A stretch of DNA of 46,065 nt. It comes from Oscillospiraceae bacterium (GTDB lineage: Bacteria; Bacillota; Clostridia; Oscillospirales; CAG-272). Every line of letters starts with the position of its first letter. Position 1 is the first letter of the stretch. The notes beneath the pieces were generated by a model. The model saw nothing but the letters and a program-made list of their open reading frames with translations. It had not been told where the DNA came from and searched no databases. The translations under genes were made by a program, and so were the position numbers. Of the stretch, positions 17,649 through 25,602 are shown one piece after another. The stretch covers positions 1 through 46,065 of the forward strand of contig SVTN01000002.1 in assembly GCA_015063765.1 (NCBI GenBank), given 5' to 3'.

Positions 17649-18389
17649 TTGACAAGAAACCGCAAGCCGACACCGACAAAAGCGATGATCATCAAGATTG
17701 CCTCCGAGCTGTTTTTCGAGAACGGCTTTTCCAAAACCACGTCCACCGAGATCTGCAAAAAGGCAGATATCAGCCCCGGAAATCTGACCTTTTATTTTCC
17801 GACCAAGGAGCATATTCTGGCGGTGCTCGTACAGATGATGATCGATTATCAATGGAAAGAGATGGAGCATGCCGCAGATGAGGGAAAAAGCCCGCTGCTC
17901 GCCTACTGTCTTGAGCTGACGACCCTTGCGTCCATCGGTGATGTGCATCCCGAAATGTATGATTTTCTGGCGGCGGCGTATTCTCACCCGATGACGCTCG
18001 ACCTCATTCGTGCAAATGACGCGAAAAAGATACAACGCGTGTTCGGAGCCTATACGGCAAATTGGGACGGTGAAAAATTCACCGAGATCGAAGCCATCAT
18101 ATCGGGCATTGAATACGCCACCCTGATGCATACCGCGCATTCCGCCTCTTTGGCGCATAGAATAGAGGGAGCGCTGGGTTCTATCATGCTCCTCTTCGGC
18201 GTTCCCGAAGACTTGCGCAAGGAAAAGATCGCTAAAGTGCTTGCGATGGACTACCGCGCCATCGCCGGGGAAGTTTATAACAACTTCAAAGCATACGTCA
18301 CCGAAACCAACGAGCACAATCTTGAGGAAATGCAAAATGCAAAATGGAAAATGCAAAATGGAAGGGGAGAAAATGGAAAACGCAATTGA
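17649..18389 (+). CDS. TetR/AcrR-family transcriptional regulator; the last ~20 codons read through a heptamer repeat
   Basis: TTG start with AGGAGG 8 nt upstream. HTH is IIKIASELFFENGFSKTTSTEICKKADISPGNLTFYFPTKEHIL. The C-terminal tail EEMQNAKWKMQNGRGENGKRN is encoded by the repeat array at 18331-18365. Confidence 0.85.
   Translation: MTRNRKPTPTKAMIIKIASELFFENGFSKTTSTEICKKADISPGNLTFYFPTKEHILAVLVQMMIDYQWKEMEHAADEGKSPLLAYCLELTTLASIGDVHPEMYDFLAAAYSHPMTLDLIRANDAKKIQRVFGAYTANWDGEKFTEIEAIISGIEYATLMHTAHSASLAHRIEGALGSIMLLFGVPEDLRKEKIAKVLAMDYRAIAGEVYNNFKAYVTETNEHNLEEMQNAKWKMQNGRGENGKRN
18331..18365 (+). repeat. Heptamer array (TGCAAAA)n, left
   Basis: TGCAAAA TGCAAAA TGGAAAA TGCAAAA TGGAAGG. Confidence 0.9.
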
Positions 18390-18717
18390 AACGAAAAGCT
18401 TTGAATTTGCAGTCAGGATCGTGAATTTATATAAGCATTTAACGGAAAGCAAAAAGGAGTTCGTTTTATCAAAGCAGCTCATTCGGAGTGGAACGAGCAT
18501 CGGTGCAAACGTAACTGAGGCACAAAAAGGACAAAGCAAAGCCGACTTTAATGCCAAAATGAATATCGCATTAAAGGAAGCAAACGAAAGCGAATATTGG
18601 ATCCGCTTACTCTATAGAACAGAGTATCTTACAAAAGAAGAATTTAACAGTGTTGAAAAAGACATAAAAGAAATCATAGCAATTCTGGTTTCCATCTGTA
18701 AGAAAACAAATACATAA
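18373..18717 (+). CDS. Four-helix-bundle protein (23S rRNA intervening-sequence protein / Avd-like family)
   Basis: 114 aa, from an in-frame ATG inside track ORF 18241..18717. The sequence is MENAIETKSFEFAVRIVNLYKHLTESKKEFVLSKQLIRSGTSIGANVTEAQKGQSKADFNAKMNIALKEANESEYWIRLL, which shows the family hallmarks (QLxRSxxSIGANIxEA ... KExxETxYWL). It is visibly more AT-rich than its flanks. Confidence 0.85.
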   Translation: MENAIETKSFEFAVRIVNLYKHLTESKKEFVLSKQLIRSGTSIGANVTEAQKGQSKADFNAKMNIALKEANESEYWIRLLYRTEYLTKEEFNSVEKDIKEIIAILVSICKKTNT

Positions 18718-18743
18718 TTTTGCATTTTGCATTTTGCATTCCA
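18718..18743 (-). repeat. Heptamer array, right 1 (inverted relative to the left array)
   Basis: TTTTGCA x3 followed by TTCCA. The reverse complement reads TGGAA TGCAAAA TGCAAAA TGCAAAA. It starts one base after the four-helix-bundle stop codon. Confidence 0.9.
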
Positions 18744-18764
18744 TCAAACCAAGGAGATAAAACA

Positions 18765-19910
18765 ATGAAAAAAACAAGAACAAAACTAAAGATCACAATA
18801 TCCGCATTTTGCATTTTGCTCTTTGCATTTTGCATTTTCCTTACCGCCTGCGGAAACAAATGTGAGCATACATACGATAATGCTTGCGACGCTACCTGCA
18901 ACGAGTGCGGCGAAGTGAGAGAGGTTCCTGACCACAGCTTTACCGCCTTCACCTATACCGACCACGAGCACGCCATGGCCTGCTCCGCTTGCGCTCTCCC
19001 GGATGAAACGACCAAGGAAAAGCATACGCTCGATGCCGAGTTCAAATGCAAGTGCGGCATCGAATTCAAATCTGAGCTGACCATCCTGCAGAATCTGCGC
19101 ATCCAAGAGCTTTACAATCAAAAGGATCTTCTGGTTAAGAAGATCACCCACGATTTCGGTGAGCTCGCATCCATCCTCGATCATTATTACGACGAAAACG
19201 GCGTGCGAACAAAAAGCTACAAATATGAGGGCGACGGCTCTTTAAGTGAGCGCACCGTCTATGAATACGACACAAACGGATACTTGACAAAAAAATCCGT
19301 TTTCTCCGCCGATGACGCATCTCTTGGATACTACCTCTACGAGAACGACGATAAGGGGAACTGCACGAAGGAATCACCCTACGACGTCGACGGAACACTT
19401 GAAGACTACATGGTTTATGAGTATGACAGCCACGGAAATTGCACCAAGGAAGCGGTGTATTCTCCCGACGGCACCCTTCGTTGGTATGATAGCTATGTCT
19501 ATGACGACAACGGAAACAAAACCCAAAGAATCATCCACTCCATGTCAGACAACGTAAAACAGATCTCTTATTATGACAAAACGCAGAAAGTAACAAAACT
19601 CGAGCATCACGACGAGGACGGCATTTATTTCTACAGCTGCTATACTTATAACGAAGACGGCAGGGAGATCAAAGCCATCGACTACAATTCGGAAAACGAG
19701 ATTGTACAAACTATCATCCGTGATTACTACGAGGACGGAACACGAAAAAGTTATACTGCCTATCATGAAGACAGCAATATCGTTGTGATGAAAGTTTGTT
19801 TCCACCCCAACGCAAGAGAAAAAACACATACGGAATACAACCTAGACGGCACGGTCTATTCCTTCAGCGAGTACGACGAGCAAGGAAACCTGATCGCCTC
19901 CTCCGACTAA
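18765..19910 (+). CDS. Predicted lipoprotein with a Cys-rich N-terminal region and YD/RHS-like repeats
   Basis: In-frame ATG 18765 with AAGGAGA upstream. The signal peptide has the lipobox LTAC. A Cys-rich stretch follows (CEHTYDNACDATCNECG...CSAC...CKCG). After that come repeats such as VYEYDTNGYLTKK, MVYEYDSHGNCTKE, YVYDDNGNKTQ and CYTYNEDGREIK. Confidence 0.7.
   Translation: MKKTRTKLKITISAFCILLFAFCIFLTACGNKCEHTYDNACDATCNECGEVREVPDHSFTAFTYTDHEHAMACSACALPDETTKEKHTLDAEFKCKCGIEFKSELTILQNLRIQELYNQKDLLVKKITHDFGELASILDHYYDENGVRTKSYKYEGDGSLSERTVYEYDTNGYLTKKSVFSADDASLGYYLYENDDKGNCTKESPYDVDGTLEDYMVYEYDSHGNCTKEAVYSPDGTLRWYDSYVYDDNGNKTQRIIHSMSDNVKQISYYDKTQKVTKLEHHDEDGIYFYSCYTYNEDGREIKAIDYNSENEIVQTIIRDYYEDGTRKSYTAYHEDSNIVVMKVCFHPNAREKTHTEYNLDGTVYSFSEYDEQGNLIASSD
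18804..18838 (-). repeat. Heptamer array, right 2, inside the lipoprotein signal-peptide coding region
   Basis: GCATTTT GCATTTT GCTCTTT GCATTTT GCATTTT. This encodes AFCILLFAFCIF. Confidence 0.9.
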
Positions 19911-19930
19911 ACCGCTTTACTACCAAAGAA

Positions 19931-19962
19931 GCCCCGTACTGCATGCAGTACGGGGCATTTTT
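19931..19962 (+). terminator. Terminator after the lipoprotein gene
   Basis: Palindrome GCCCCGTACTGCATGCAGTACGGGGC followed by ATTTTT. Confidence 0.75.
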
Positions 19963-20000
19963 ATTGATCTGCGCGGCGAAGCACACTCTGCGCCAAAGGA

Positions 20001-20036
20001 AAAAGCACCCTTTCGGGTGCTTTGCAGGCTGAGGGA
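20001..20036. repeat. Copy A of a duplicated unit: terminator hairpin + 13-nt tRNA-Ser 3' fragment
   Basis: AAAAGCACCCTTTCGGGTGCTTT followed directly by GCAGGCTGAGGGA. That 13-mer is identical to 20199-20211 inside tRNA-Ser. Confidence 0.85.
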
Positions 20037-20165
20037 GGCTCTCGCTTCGCTCGAAGGCGTCTCGCCTTGCCGCCCGCTCGCAAGCGGCGGTCGATCTTCG
20101 GCGGACGACCGAACCCCTTTCCGCTTCGCGGATGGGGTTCTTTCAAATCTCAGCCCGTACCAACA

Positions 20166-20211
20166 AAAAAGCACCCTTTCGGGTGCTTTTTTGTTGGCGC
20201 AGGCTGAGGGA
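20166..20211. repeat. Copy B of the duplicated unit (functional tRNA-Ser 3' end + bidirectional terminator hairpin)
   Basis: AAAAAGCACCCTTTCGGGTGCTTTTTT, then GTTGGC (CCA end and discriminator on the minus strand), then GCAGGCTGAGGGA. Confidence 0.85.
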
Positions 20212-20283
20212 TTCGAACCCCCGTGGGCTTTCGCCCTAACGGTTTTCAAGACCGCCTCGTTGTGACCACTTCGATAAGCCTGC
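20195..20283 (-). tRNA. tRNA-Ser (anticodon UGA)
   Basis: The reverse complement reads GCAGGCT-TA-TCGAAGTGGTCACAACGA-G-GCGGT-CTTGAAA-ACCGT-TAGGGCGAAAGCCCACG-GGGGGTTCGAATCCCTC-AGCCTGC-G-CCA. It has a 7-bp acceptor stem, a GG in the D-loop, anticodon loop CU-UGA-AA, a long variable arm, a TTCGAAT T-loop and an encoded CCA. Confidence 0.9.
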
Positions 20284-20356
20284 ATGGTAAGACAGCCGCA
20301 AAACAACTGCCTTTTATATTAAATGTGAAACACAATTAATACATACCATTGACTAG

Positions 20357-20531
20357 GAAAATTTTGAGGGAGGTCGTTCGTTCGCAAGCGAAGCTGTATA
20401 CCATACTGCGAGCGGCGCGAACGGGCGAGATTTCCAAAATTTTTCAGTCAAATTATCAATCGGGGACCGATCAGAGAAATTTTGTGGCAGGTTGTGCGAT
20501 CCCGTGCGAAGCTGTATCTTATACTGCGAGC
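20357..20531. repeat. Two ~57-nt imperfect direct repeats with a 118-bp period, between pnp and tRNA-Ser
   Basis: R1 is 20357-20413 and R2 is 20474-20531. The shared core is GCGAAGCTGTAT-NNN-ATACTGCGAGC (20388-20413 and 20506-20531). Both units start with GAAA(A)TTTTG. Confidence 0.8.
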
Positions 20532-20557
20532 TAAGGGAGCGGCAAGATGACCTAAAT

Positions 20558-22648
20558 TTATCGATCGGCGTCCTTCATGGAGAGATTCTGGCGTCCCTTT
20601 TCATCCGTTCCAAGGAACTTAACGCGTACTGCCTGACCGACAGAAACGACGTCTTCGCACTTCTCGGTGCGGGTGGGAGCGAGCTTGGAGATGTGAACCA
20701 TGCCTTCCTTGCCGGGAGCGTACTCAACGAATGCGCCGATAGGAATGATGCGGGTAACAACACCGTCGTAGGTCGCGCCGACCTCAGGCTCGAATACGAT
20801 AGCATCGATGATCGCCTTTGCACGGTCTGCGCTGTCGCGGTCAACAGCTGCGATAAAGACAGAGCCGTCGTCCTCGATGTCGATCTTAGCGCCGGTGTCG
20901 GCAACGATCTTCTGAATGACCTTACCGCCCGAACCGATGACCTCGCGGATCTTGTCGGGGTTGATCTGCATGCTGATCATCTTGGGAGCATACTTGGAAA
21001 CGTCTGCTCTGGGTGCGTCGATGGCAGCAAGGATGATGTCGTCGATGATATAGTCGCGACCGCGGTGGGTGGTTGCAAGAGCCTCACGGATGATCTCGGG
21101 GGTAAGACCGTCAATCTTAAGGTCCATCTGGATGGAGGTGATACCCTTGTGCGTACCTGCTACCTTGAAGTCCATATCGCCATAGAAGTCCTCAAGACCC
21201 TGGATATCGATCATGGTGGTCCAAGAGCCGTCGTCCTCGGTGATCAGACCGCAGGAGATACCTGCAACGGGAGCCTTGATCGGAACACCTGCGTCCATAA
21301 GGGCGAGGGTCGAGCCGCAGACGGAAGCCTGCGAGGTAGAACCGTTGGAGGAAACGACCTCGGAAACAAGACGGATGGCGTAGGGGAACTCTTCCACGGA
21401 AGGAAGCACGGGAACGAGCGAACGCTCAGCGAGAGCACCGTGACCGATCTCACGGCGACCGGGGCTACGCATTGCCTTAGCCTCACCCGTCGAGTAGCCG
21501 GGCATGTTGTAGTGGTGCATATAGCGCTTGGAGTCCTCTTCGTCAAGACCGTCAAGCTTCTGTGCCTCGGAAAGAGTGCCAAGGGTTGCAATCGTCAGAA
21601 CCTGGGTCTGTCCACGGGTGAAAAGACCGGTACCGTGGGTGCGGGGCAGAATGCCAACCTCAGCGGCAAGGGGACGGATCTCGTCCATACGGCGGCCGTC
21701 AACGCGCTTCTTGTCGTTAATGAGCCAACGGCGAACGATCTTCTTCTGGATCTTGTAGATCAGCTCGGGAAGCTGAACCGAAAGATCGGGATACTTTTCG
21801 ATAAAGGTCGCCTTGATGTCCTCTTCGATGGGCTGCATCTTTGCATCACGGACGGTCTTATCGTCGGTGTCAAGTGCTTCCATCACGCGCTCTTCGCAGT
21901 ATGCGAAGATCTCGTCGAACATTTCATGATCCAGCTCGCAAGAGGGATATGCAAACTTGGGCTTACCTACTTCAGCAACGATACCGTCGATGAAGACAAG
22001 AAGGTCCTTGATGACCTCGTGTGCCTTCATGATAGCGGCAAACATGGTGTCGTCGTCCACCTCGTTTGCGCCTGCCTCGATCATAACGACCTTGCCTGCG
22101 GAAGCGGCAACGGTGAGCTCAAGATCGCTCTTCTTGCGTTGCTCTGCGGTGGGGTTGACAACGATCTCACCATCCACAAGACCCATGAACGCGCCGCCGA
22201 TCGGGCCGTTCCAAGGAATATCGGAGATGGAGAGCGCTACGGATGCACCGATCATTGCGGTGATCTCGGGCGAGCAGTCGGGGTCAACCGACATAACGGT
22301 GAGGGAGAGTGCAACGTCGTTGCGCAGATCCTTCGGGAAGAGGGGGCGTACGGGGCGGTCGATCACACGGCTGGTCAGGATCGCCTTCTCGGAGGGCTTG
22401 CCCTCGCGCTTCAGGTAACCGCCGGGGATCTTGCCGACAGCATACATCTTTTCATCATAGTCTACCGACAGGGGGAGAAAATCGATGCCGTCACGGGGAG
22501 CGGCGGATGCGGTAGCGCATGCGAGGATCACGGTCTCGCCGTAAGAGATCATGCAGGAGCCGTTTGCAAGACCTGCGACCTTGCCGACCTCGATCTTGAG
22601 GGGTCTGCCTGCATAGGTGTACTCAAACACTTTGTAGTTTTCAAACAT
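20558..22648 (-). CDS. pnp: Polyribonucleotide nucleotidyltransferase (PNPase)
   Basis: The track ORF runs to 22708. The likely start is ATG 22646-22648 (MFENYKVFEYTYAGRPLKIEVGKVAG). It has two RNase PH domains, a KH domain (IREVIGSGGKVIQKI) and an S1 domain (GAFVEYAPGKEGMVHIS). Confidence 0.95.
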   Translation of the reverse strand: MFENYKVFEYTYAGRPLKIEVGKVAGLANGSCMISYGETVILACATASAAPRDGIDFLPLSVDYDEKMYAVGKIPGGYLKREGKPSEKAILTSRVIDRPVRPLFPKDLRNDVALSLTVMSVDPDCSPEITAMIGASVALSISDIPWNGPIGGAFMGLVDGEIVVNPTAEQRKKSDLELTVAASAGKVVMIEAGANEVDDDTMFAAIMKAHEVIKDLLVFIDGIVAEVGKPKFAYPSCELDHEMFDEIFAYCEERVMEALDTDDKTVRDAKMQPIEEDIKATFIEKYPDLSVQLPELIYKIQKKIVRRWLINDKKRVDGRRMDEIRPLAAEVGILPRTHGTGLFTRGQTQVLTIATLGTLSEAQKLDGLDEEDSKRYMHHYNMPGYSTGEAKAMRSPGRREIGHGALAERSLVPVLPSVEEFPYAIRLVSEVVSSNGSTSQASVCGSTLALMDAGVPIKAPVAGISCGLITEDDGSWTTMIDIQGLEDFYGDMDFKVAGTHKGITSIQMDLKIDGLTPEIIREALATTHRGRDYIIDDIILAAIDAPRADVSKYAPKMISMQINPDKIREVIGSGGKVIQKIVADTGAKIDIEDDGSVFIAAVDRDSADRAKAIIDAIVFEPEVGATYDGVVTRIIPIGAFVEYAPGKEGMVHISKLAPTRTEKCEDVVSVGQAVRVKFLGTDEKGRQNLSMKDADR

Positions 22649-22821
22649 TTTCTTTTTTCCTTTCTTTTTACTGTTCTCTTTACGAAAAAATAGGCGAACA
22701 GAGGACATAGCACTTCATACACGTCAAAGGTCTTTGGCGCATATGAGCTGCTACCTTCCCTGCCCGCCGTCGAAGCGCGTGCCCGAGAAAGCGGACACGC
22801 ACAACGACCGTTGCGTGGGAA

Positions 22822-23088
22822 TTACTTTCTCAAGCCAAGCTTTGCAATGATAGCACGATATCTTTCGATATCCTTCTTTGCAAGATAAGCGAGAAGCTTC
22901 TTTCTGTGGCCAACCATTTGGGAAAGACCTCTCTGAGAGTGGAAATCCTTAGGATTCTTCTTCAGATGCTCGGTCAAGGTGTTGATTCTCTCGGTGAGAA
23001 TAGCAACCTGAACCTCGGGAGAGCCGGTATCGCGCTCGCCGGTCTTGTAGGTCTCGATGAGAGCCGCTTTGGTTTCCTTGCTGATCAT
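22822..23088 (-). CDS. rpsO: 30S ribosomal protein S15
   Basis: 88 aa, containing [46 protein letters not shown]. Confidence 0.95.
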   Translation of the reverse strand: MISKETKAALIETYKTGERDTGSPEVQVAILTERINTLTEHLKKNPKDFHSQRGLSQMVGHRKKLLAYLAKKDIERYRAIIAKLGLRK

Positions 23089-23233
23089 GATTTTTCACCT
23101 TTCTGTTCTTATTTTGCCCCAGACTCAGCAGACGGACGGGTGAAACGCCGCCAACCGTGCCAAGGGTCGCACGGGATTTATTATACTATGGAAAAGGATT
23201 TCTGTAAAGGGGGTTTACAGAAAGTTTACAACT

Positions 23234-23872
23234 TTATTTCTCCGCCCATTCGGGAAGGGGCGTTTCAAAGACAACGGTGTGCTCTGCCATGAGCCATTTC
23301 GCGCCGTCACCGAGTGCAAGCCACTCCTCTTCCGTTCCGGCGTAGTAAAGCGTAACACCGTCTTCCTTCAAAAAGTTCTTGTCAATCTTCTTGATACTCG
23401 CAGGAAGATAGATTTCCTCTAAATCAGGCATATAGATGATATAGCTTCCGGAAACGTCCTCCGTACCGCTCGAAAAAACAAGGGTGCGCATGCCCGTCCA
23501 GCCGCGAAAGGCATTGAAGGTCTTTGCGGCGTTGATCGTTGCGGGAAGGATCACAGCTTCGATGCTTTCGGGCTTGTGATAAAATAACGTCACGCTGTCG
23601 AGAGGAATGCCGTTGACAGCGCTCGGAATATAAAGGCGCTTGATGCCAAACATTTTGTCACCGTAAAGATATACGCTTCCCGCTTCGGCCACATAGACCC
23701 ACGGATCTCTCCCCGTGTCGGTAACGAAGGCATCCTCGGGAAGTCCAAGCCGTTCCCTCGTCCTTTTGTCGGAGACCACGGGAGCAATGAAGAAGGAGAG
23801 AAGCGTTCCGACCAAGACAAGGAGCATCACAAGGACGGCGATATGCTTCAAACGAAGCCGTTTTGCATCCAT
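23234..23872 (-). CDS. Membrane-anchored hypothetical protein, possibly BspA-type leucine-rich-repeat fold
   Basis: The track ORF runs to 23905. ATG 23870-23872 has GGAGGA 6 nt upstream (MDAKRLRLKHIAVLVMLLVLVGTLL, one TM segment). The extracellular part has motifs such as IPSAVNGIPLDSV, EAVILPATINAAKTFNAF and EEIYLPASIKKIDKNF. Confidence 0.5.
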   Translation of the reverse strand: MDAKRLRLKHIAVLVMLLVLVGTLLSFFIAPVVSDKRTRERLGLPEDAFVTDTGRDPWVYVAEAGSVYLYGDKMFGIKRLYIPSAVNGIPLDSVTLFYHKPESIEAVILPATINAAKTFNAFRGWTGMRTLVFSSGTEDVSGSYIIYMPDLEEIYLPASIKKIDKNFLKEDGVTLYYAGTEEEWLALGDGAKWLMAEHTVVFETPLPEWAEK

Positions 23873-23905
23873 GCCCGATCCTCCTTCTTCTTTAATAGCA
23901 CTCAT

Positions 23906-24490
23906 TTAAAAGCCGTGCTTATATAACCGCGCACGGCGCTGTGCGAAATCTCCCTCGGGAAGTCCCGCAAGAATTTCCGCACGGATGCTGTCGTCGTCGT
24001 AGATACCCTCTTCTCTTGCGCGAACGAGTGCCGCCTCAATATCGGCACGGGAAAAGCCCTTTTCGAGCAGATTGGGCAAGAACTTTTTAGGTCCCCACAG
24101 GCGCTTGGCGTAGATGGCAAGCTGTCGCTCAAGAAGCTCATCCTCACGGATATACCCTTCCTTTACCAGGCGCTCTACCGCACCCTCGGCACTCTCGCGC
24201 AGAAAGCCGCGCTCGGTGAGCTTTCGAAGGAGATTGCGGCGGGTGTTGTCGCCCGACGCCAAGATCTTCACGCCGCGCGCATAGGCAAGCCGCGCGTCCT
24301 CGTCGCCAATCAGGGGAGCGAGCTCCTCAAAATCGACCGTTTCGCCGGCGTCGATGCTTCCTTCTTCCGAAAATTTGTCTCTTGAAATGCGGTAAATATG
24401 GGTGCGAGGGGGCATCGAGTGGACCGTGACGGTCAAAAGGATCTCTGCCCCGCTGCGCACCGACTGCACCGCATCGATCGTTGCCTTCAC
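23906..24490 (-). CDS. recX: Recombination regulator RecX
   Basis: 194 aa, immediately downstream of recA. It shows RecX-type three-helix repeats (RRNLLRKLTERGF..ESAEGAVERLVKEGYIRED.. LLEKGFSRADIEAAL). Confidence 0.8.
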   Translation of the reverse strand: MKATIDAVQSVRSGAEILLTVTVHSMPPRTHIYRISRDKFSEEGSIDAGETVDFEELAPLIGDEDARLAYARGVKILASGDNTRRNLLRKLTERGFLRESAEGAVERLVKEGYIREDELLERQLAIYAKRLWGPKKFLPNLLEKGFSRADIEAALVRAREEGIYDDDSIRAEILAGLPEGDFAQRRARLYKHGF

Positions 24491-24496
24491 CGAGAA

Positions 24497-25579
24497 TTAT
24501 TCCTCGTCAAGACCCGAGAGGTCAAATTCCTCATCGAGCTCAAAGGTTTCTCCAACCTCGCCCGTTGCGGCGAGCTTGCGGATGCCATCCTCGATCTTTG
24601 CCGCTATGTCGGGATTTTCTTCTAAGAACGCCACCGCCTTGTCGCGCCCCTGACCGATGCGCTGTCCCTCAAAGGAGAACCAAGAGCCGCTCTTTTCGAG
24701 AAGCCCCATGGCAACACCCATATCGCAAAGCTCACTCGTCTTGGAGATGCCCTTGCCGTAAAGGATATCAAACTCCGCCGTCTTGAAGGGCGGTGCGACC
24801 TTATTCTTCACGACCTTGCAAAGCACGTGGTTGCCGTAGATCTCGCTTCCGCTCTTCAGAACCTCTTTTTTGCGGATCTCAATACGCACCGAGGAATAGA
24901 ACTTGAGCGCACGGCCGCCGGGGGTGACCTCGGGGTTACCGTAGGCGATGCCCACCTTCTCACGGAGCTGGTTGATAAAGATCACAACGCAGTTGGATTT
25001 GGAAATGGAGGAGGAGAGCTTACGCATTGCCTGCGACATCAGGCGTGCCTGCAGTCCCACGTGGGCGGCACCCATATCGCCGTCGATCTCCTGCTGGGGG
25101 GTGAGAGCCGCAACCGAGTCGACTACGATGGCATCGATGGCGCCCGAATGCACGAGGGCGTCGGCAATCTCAAGTGCCTGCTCTCCCGAATCGGGCTGAG
25201 AAACGAGCAAATTGTTGATGTCCACGCCGAGATTCTTGGCGTAAACGGGGTCAAGCGCGTGCTCCGCGTCAATGAACGCCGCCTCTCCGCCAAGCTTTTG
25301 CACCTCTGCTACAACGTGGAGTGCCACCGTCGTTTTGCCCGAGGATTCGGGACCGTAGATCTCAATGATCCTTCCGCGCGGTACACCGCCGATGCCAAGA
25401 GCGAGGTCAAGCGAGATGGAGCCCGTCGAAACCGCAGAAACGTTCATCTTGGTGTTTTCGCCCAGCTTCATAATGGTGCCCTTGCCGTACTCTCTTTCAA
25501 TGCGGGAGATGGCGGTTTCAAGCGCCGCCTTTTTGTCAAGGGAAATGCTGTCTTCTACCGTTTTTTTCTTGGTTGCCAT
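24497..25579 (-). CDS. recA: Recombinase RecA
   Basis: The track ORF runs to 25654. The likely start is ATG 25577-25579 ([10 protein letters not shown]...). It has Walker [10 protein letters not shown], then [11 protein letters not shown] and [10 protein letters not shown]. Confidence 0.95.
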   Translation of the reverse strand: MATKKKTVEDSISLDKKAALETAISRIEREYGKGTIMKLGENTKMNVSAVSTGSISLDLALGIGGVPRGRIIEIYGPESSGKTTVALHVVAEVQKLGGEAAFIDAEHALDPVYAKNLGVDINNLLVSQPDSGEQALEIADALVHSGAIDAIVVDSVAALTPQQEIDGDMGAAHVGLQARLMSQAMRKLSSSISKSNCVVIFINQLREKVGIAYGNPEVTPGGRALKFYSSVRIEIRKKEVLKSGSEIYGNHVLCKVVKNKVAPPFKTAEFDILYGKGISKTSELCDMGVAMGLLEKSGSWFSFEGQRIGQGRDKAVAFLEENPDIAAKIEDGIRKLAATGEVGETFELDEEFDLSGLDEE

Positions 25580-25602
25580 AGATATATCCTCTTCTTTATT
25601 TT

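Noticed and set aside
17496-18557. 353-aa minus-strand ORF
   Set aside because: It is antisense to the TetR and four-helix-bundle genes, crosses the promoter region, and has no motifs.
18331-18838. Possibility that the heptamer arrays are a CRISPR array
   Set aside because: The units are 7 nt and directly tandem with no spacers. No cas genes are present in the window.
18373-19910. Possibility that the four-helix-bundle gene is the Avd of a diversity-generating retroelement
   Set aside because: No reverse transcriptase ORF is present, and I saw no template/variable repeat pair in the window. The downstream gene shows no C-terminal repeat matching an upstream TR.
20037-20165. Guesses that the structured spacer is SRP RNA, tRNA-Sec or a group II intron domain V
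   Set aside because: It lacks the conserved SRP helix-8 GGAAGCAGC motif. It has no tRNA cloverleaf with a UCA anticodon loop in a proper stem. The GAACCCC...GGGGTTC hairpin lacks the domain V AGC triad. It is kept only as an unexplained structure in the findings.
20349-20534. 61-aa plus-strand ORF across the two direct repeats
   Set aside because: It starts at a non-ATG codon without a convincing RBS spacing. It is made up largely of the repeat units and lies in an intergenic region flanked by minus-strand genes.
20492-22693. 733-aa plus-strand ORF
   Set aside because: It is antisense to pnp, which is unambiguous.
22709-22821. rpsO-pnp intergenic hairpins as a defined regulatory element
   Set aside because: Two imperfect stems are visible (around 22770-22815) and are consistent with the known RNase III-processed pnp leader. 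I cannot define the boundaries or show conservation from sequence alone, so it is not listed as a feature.
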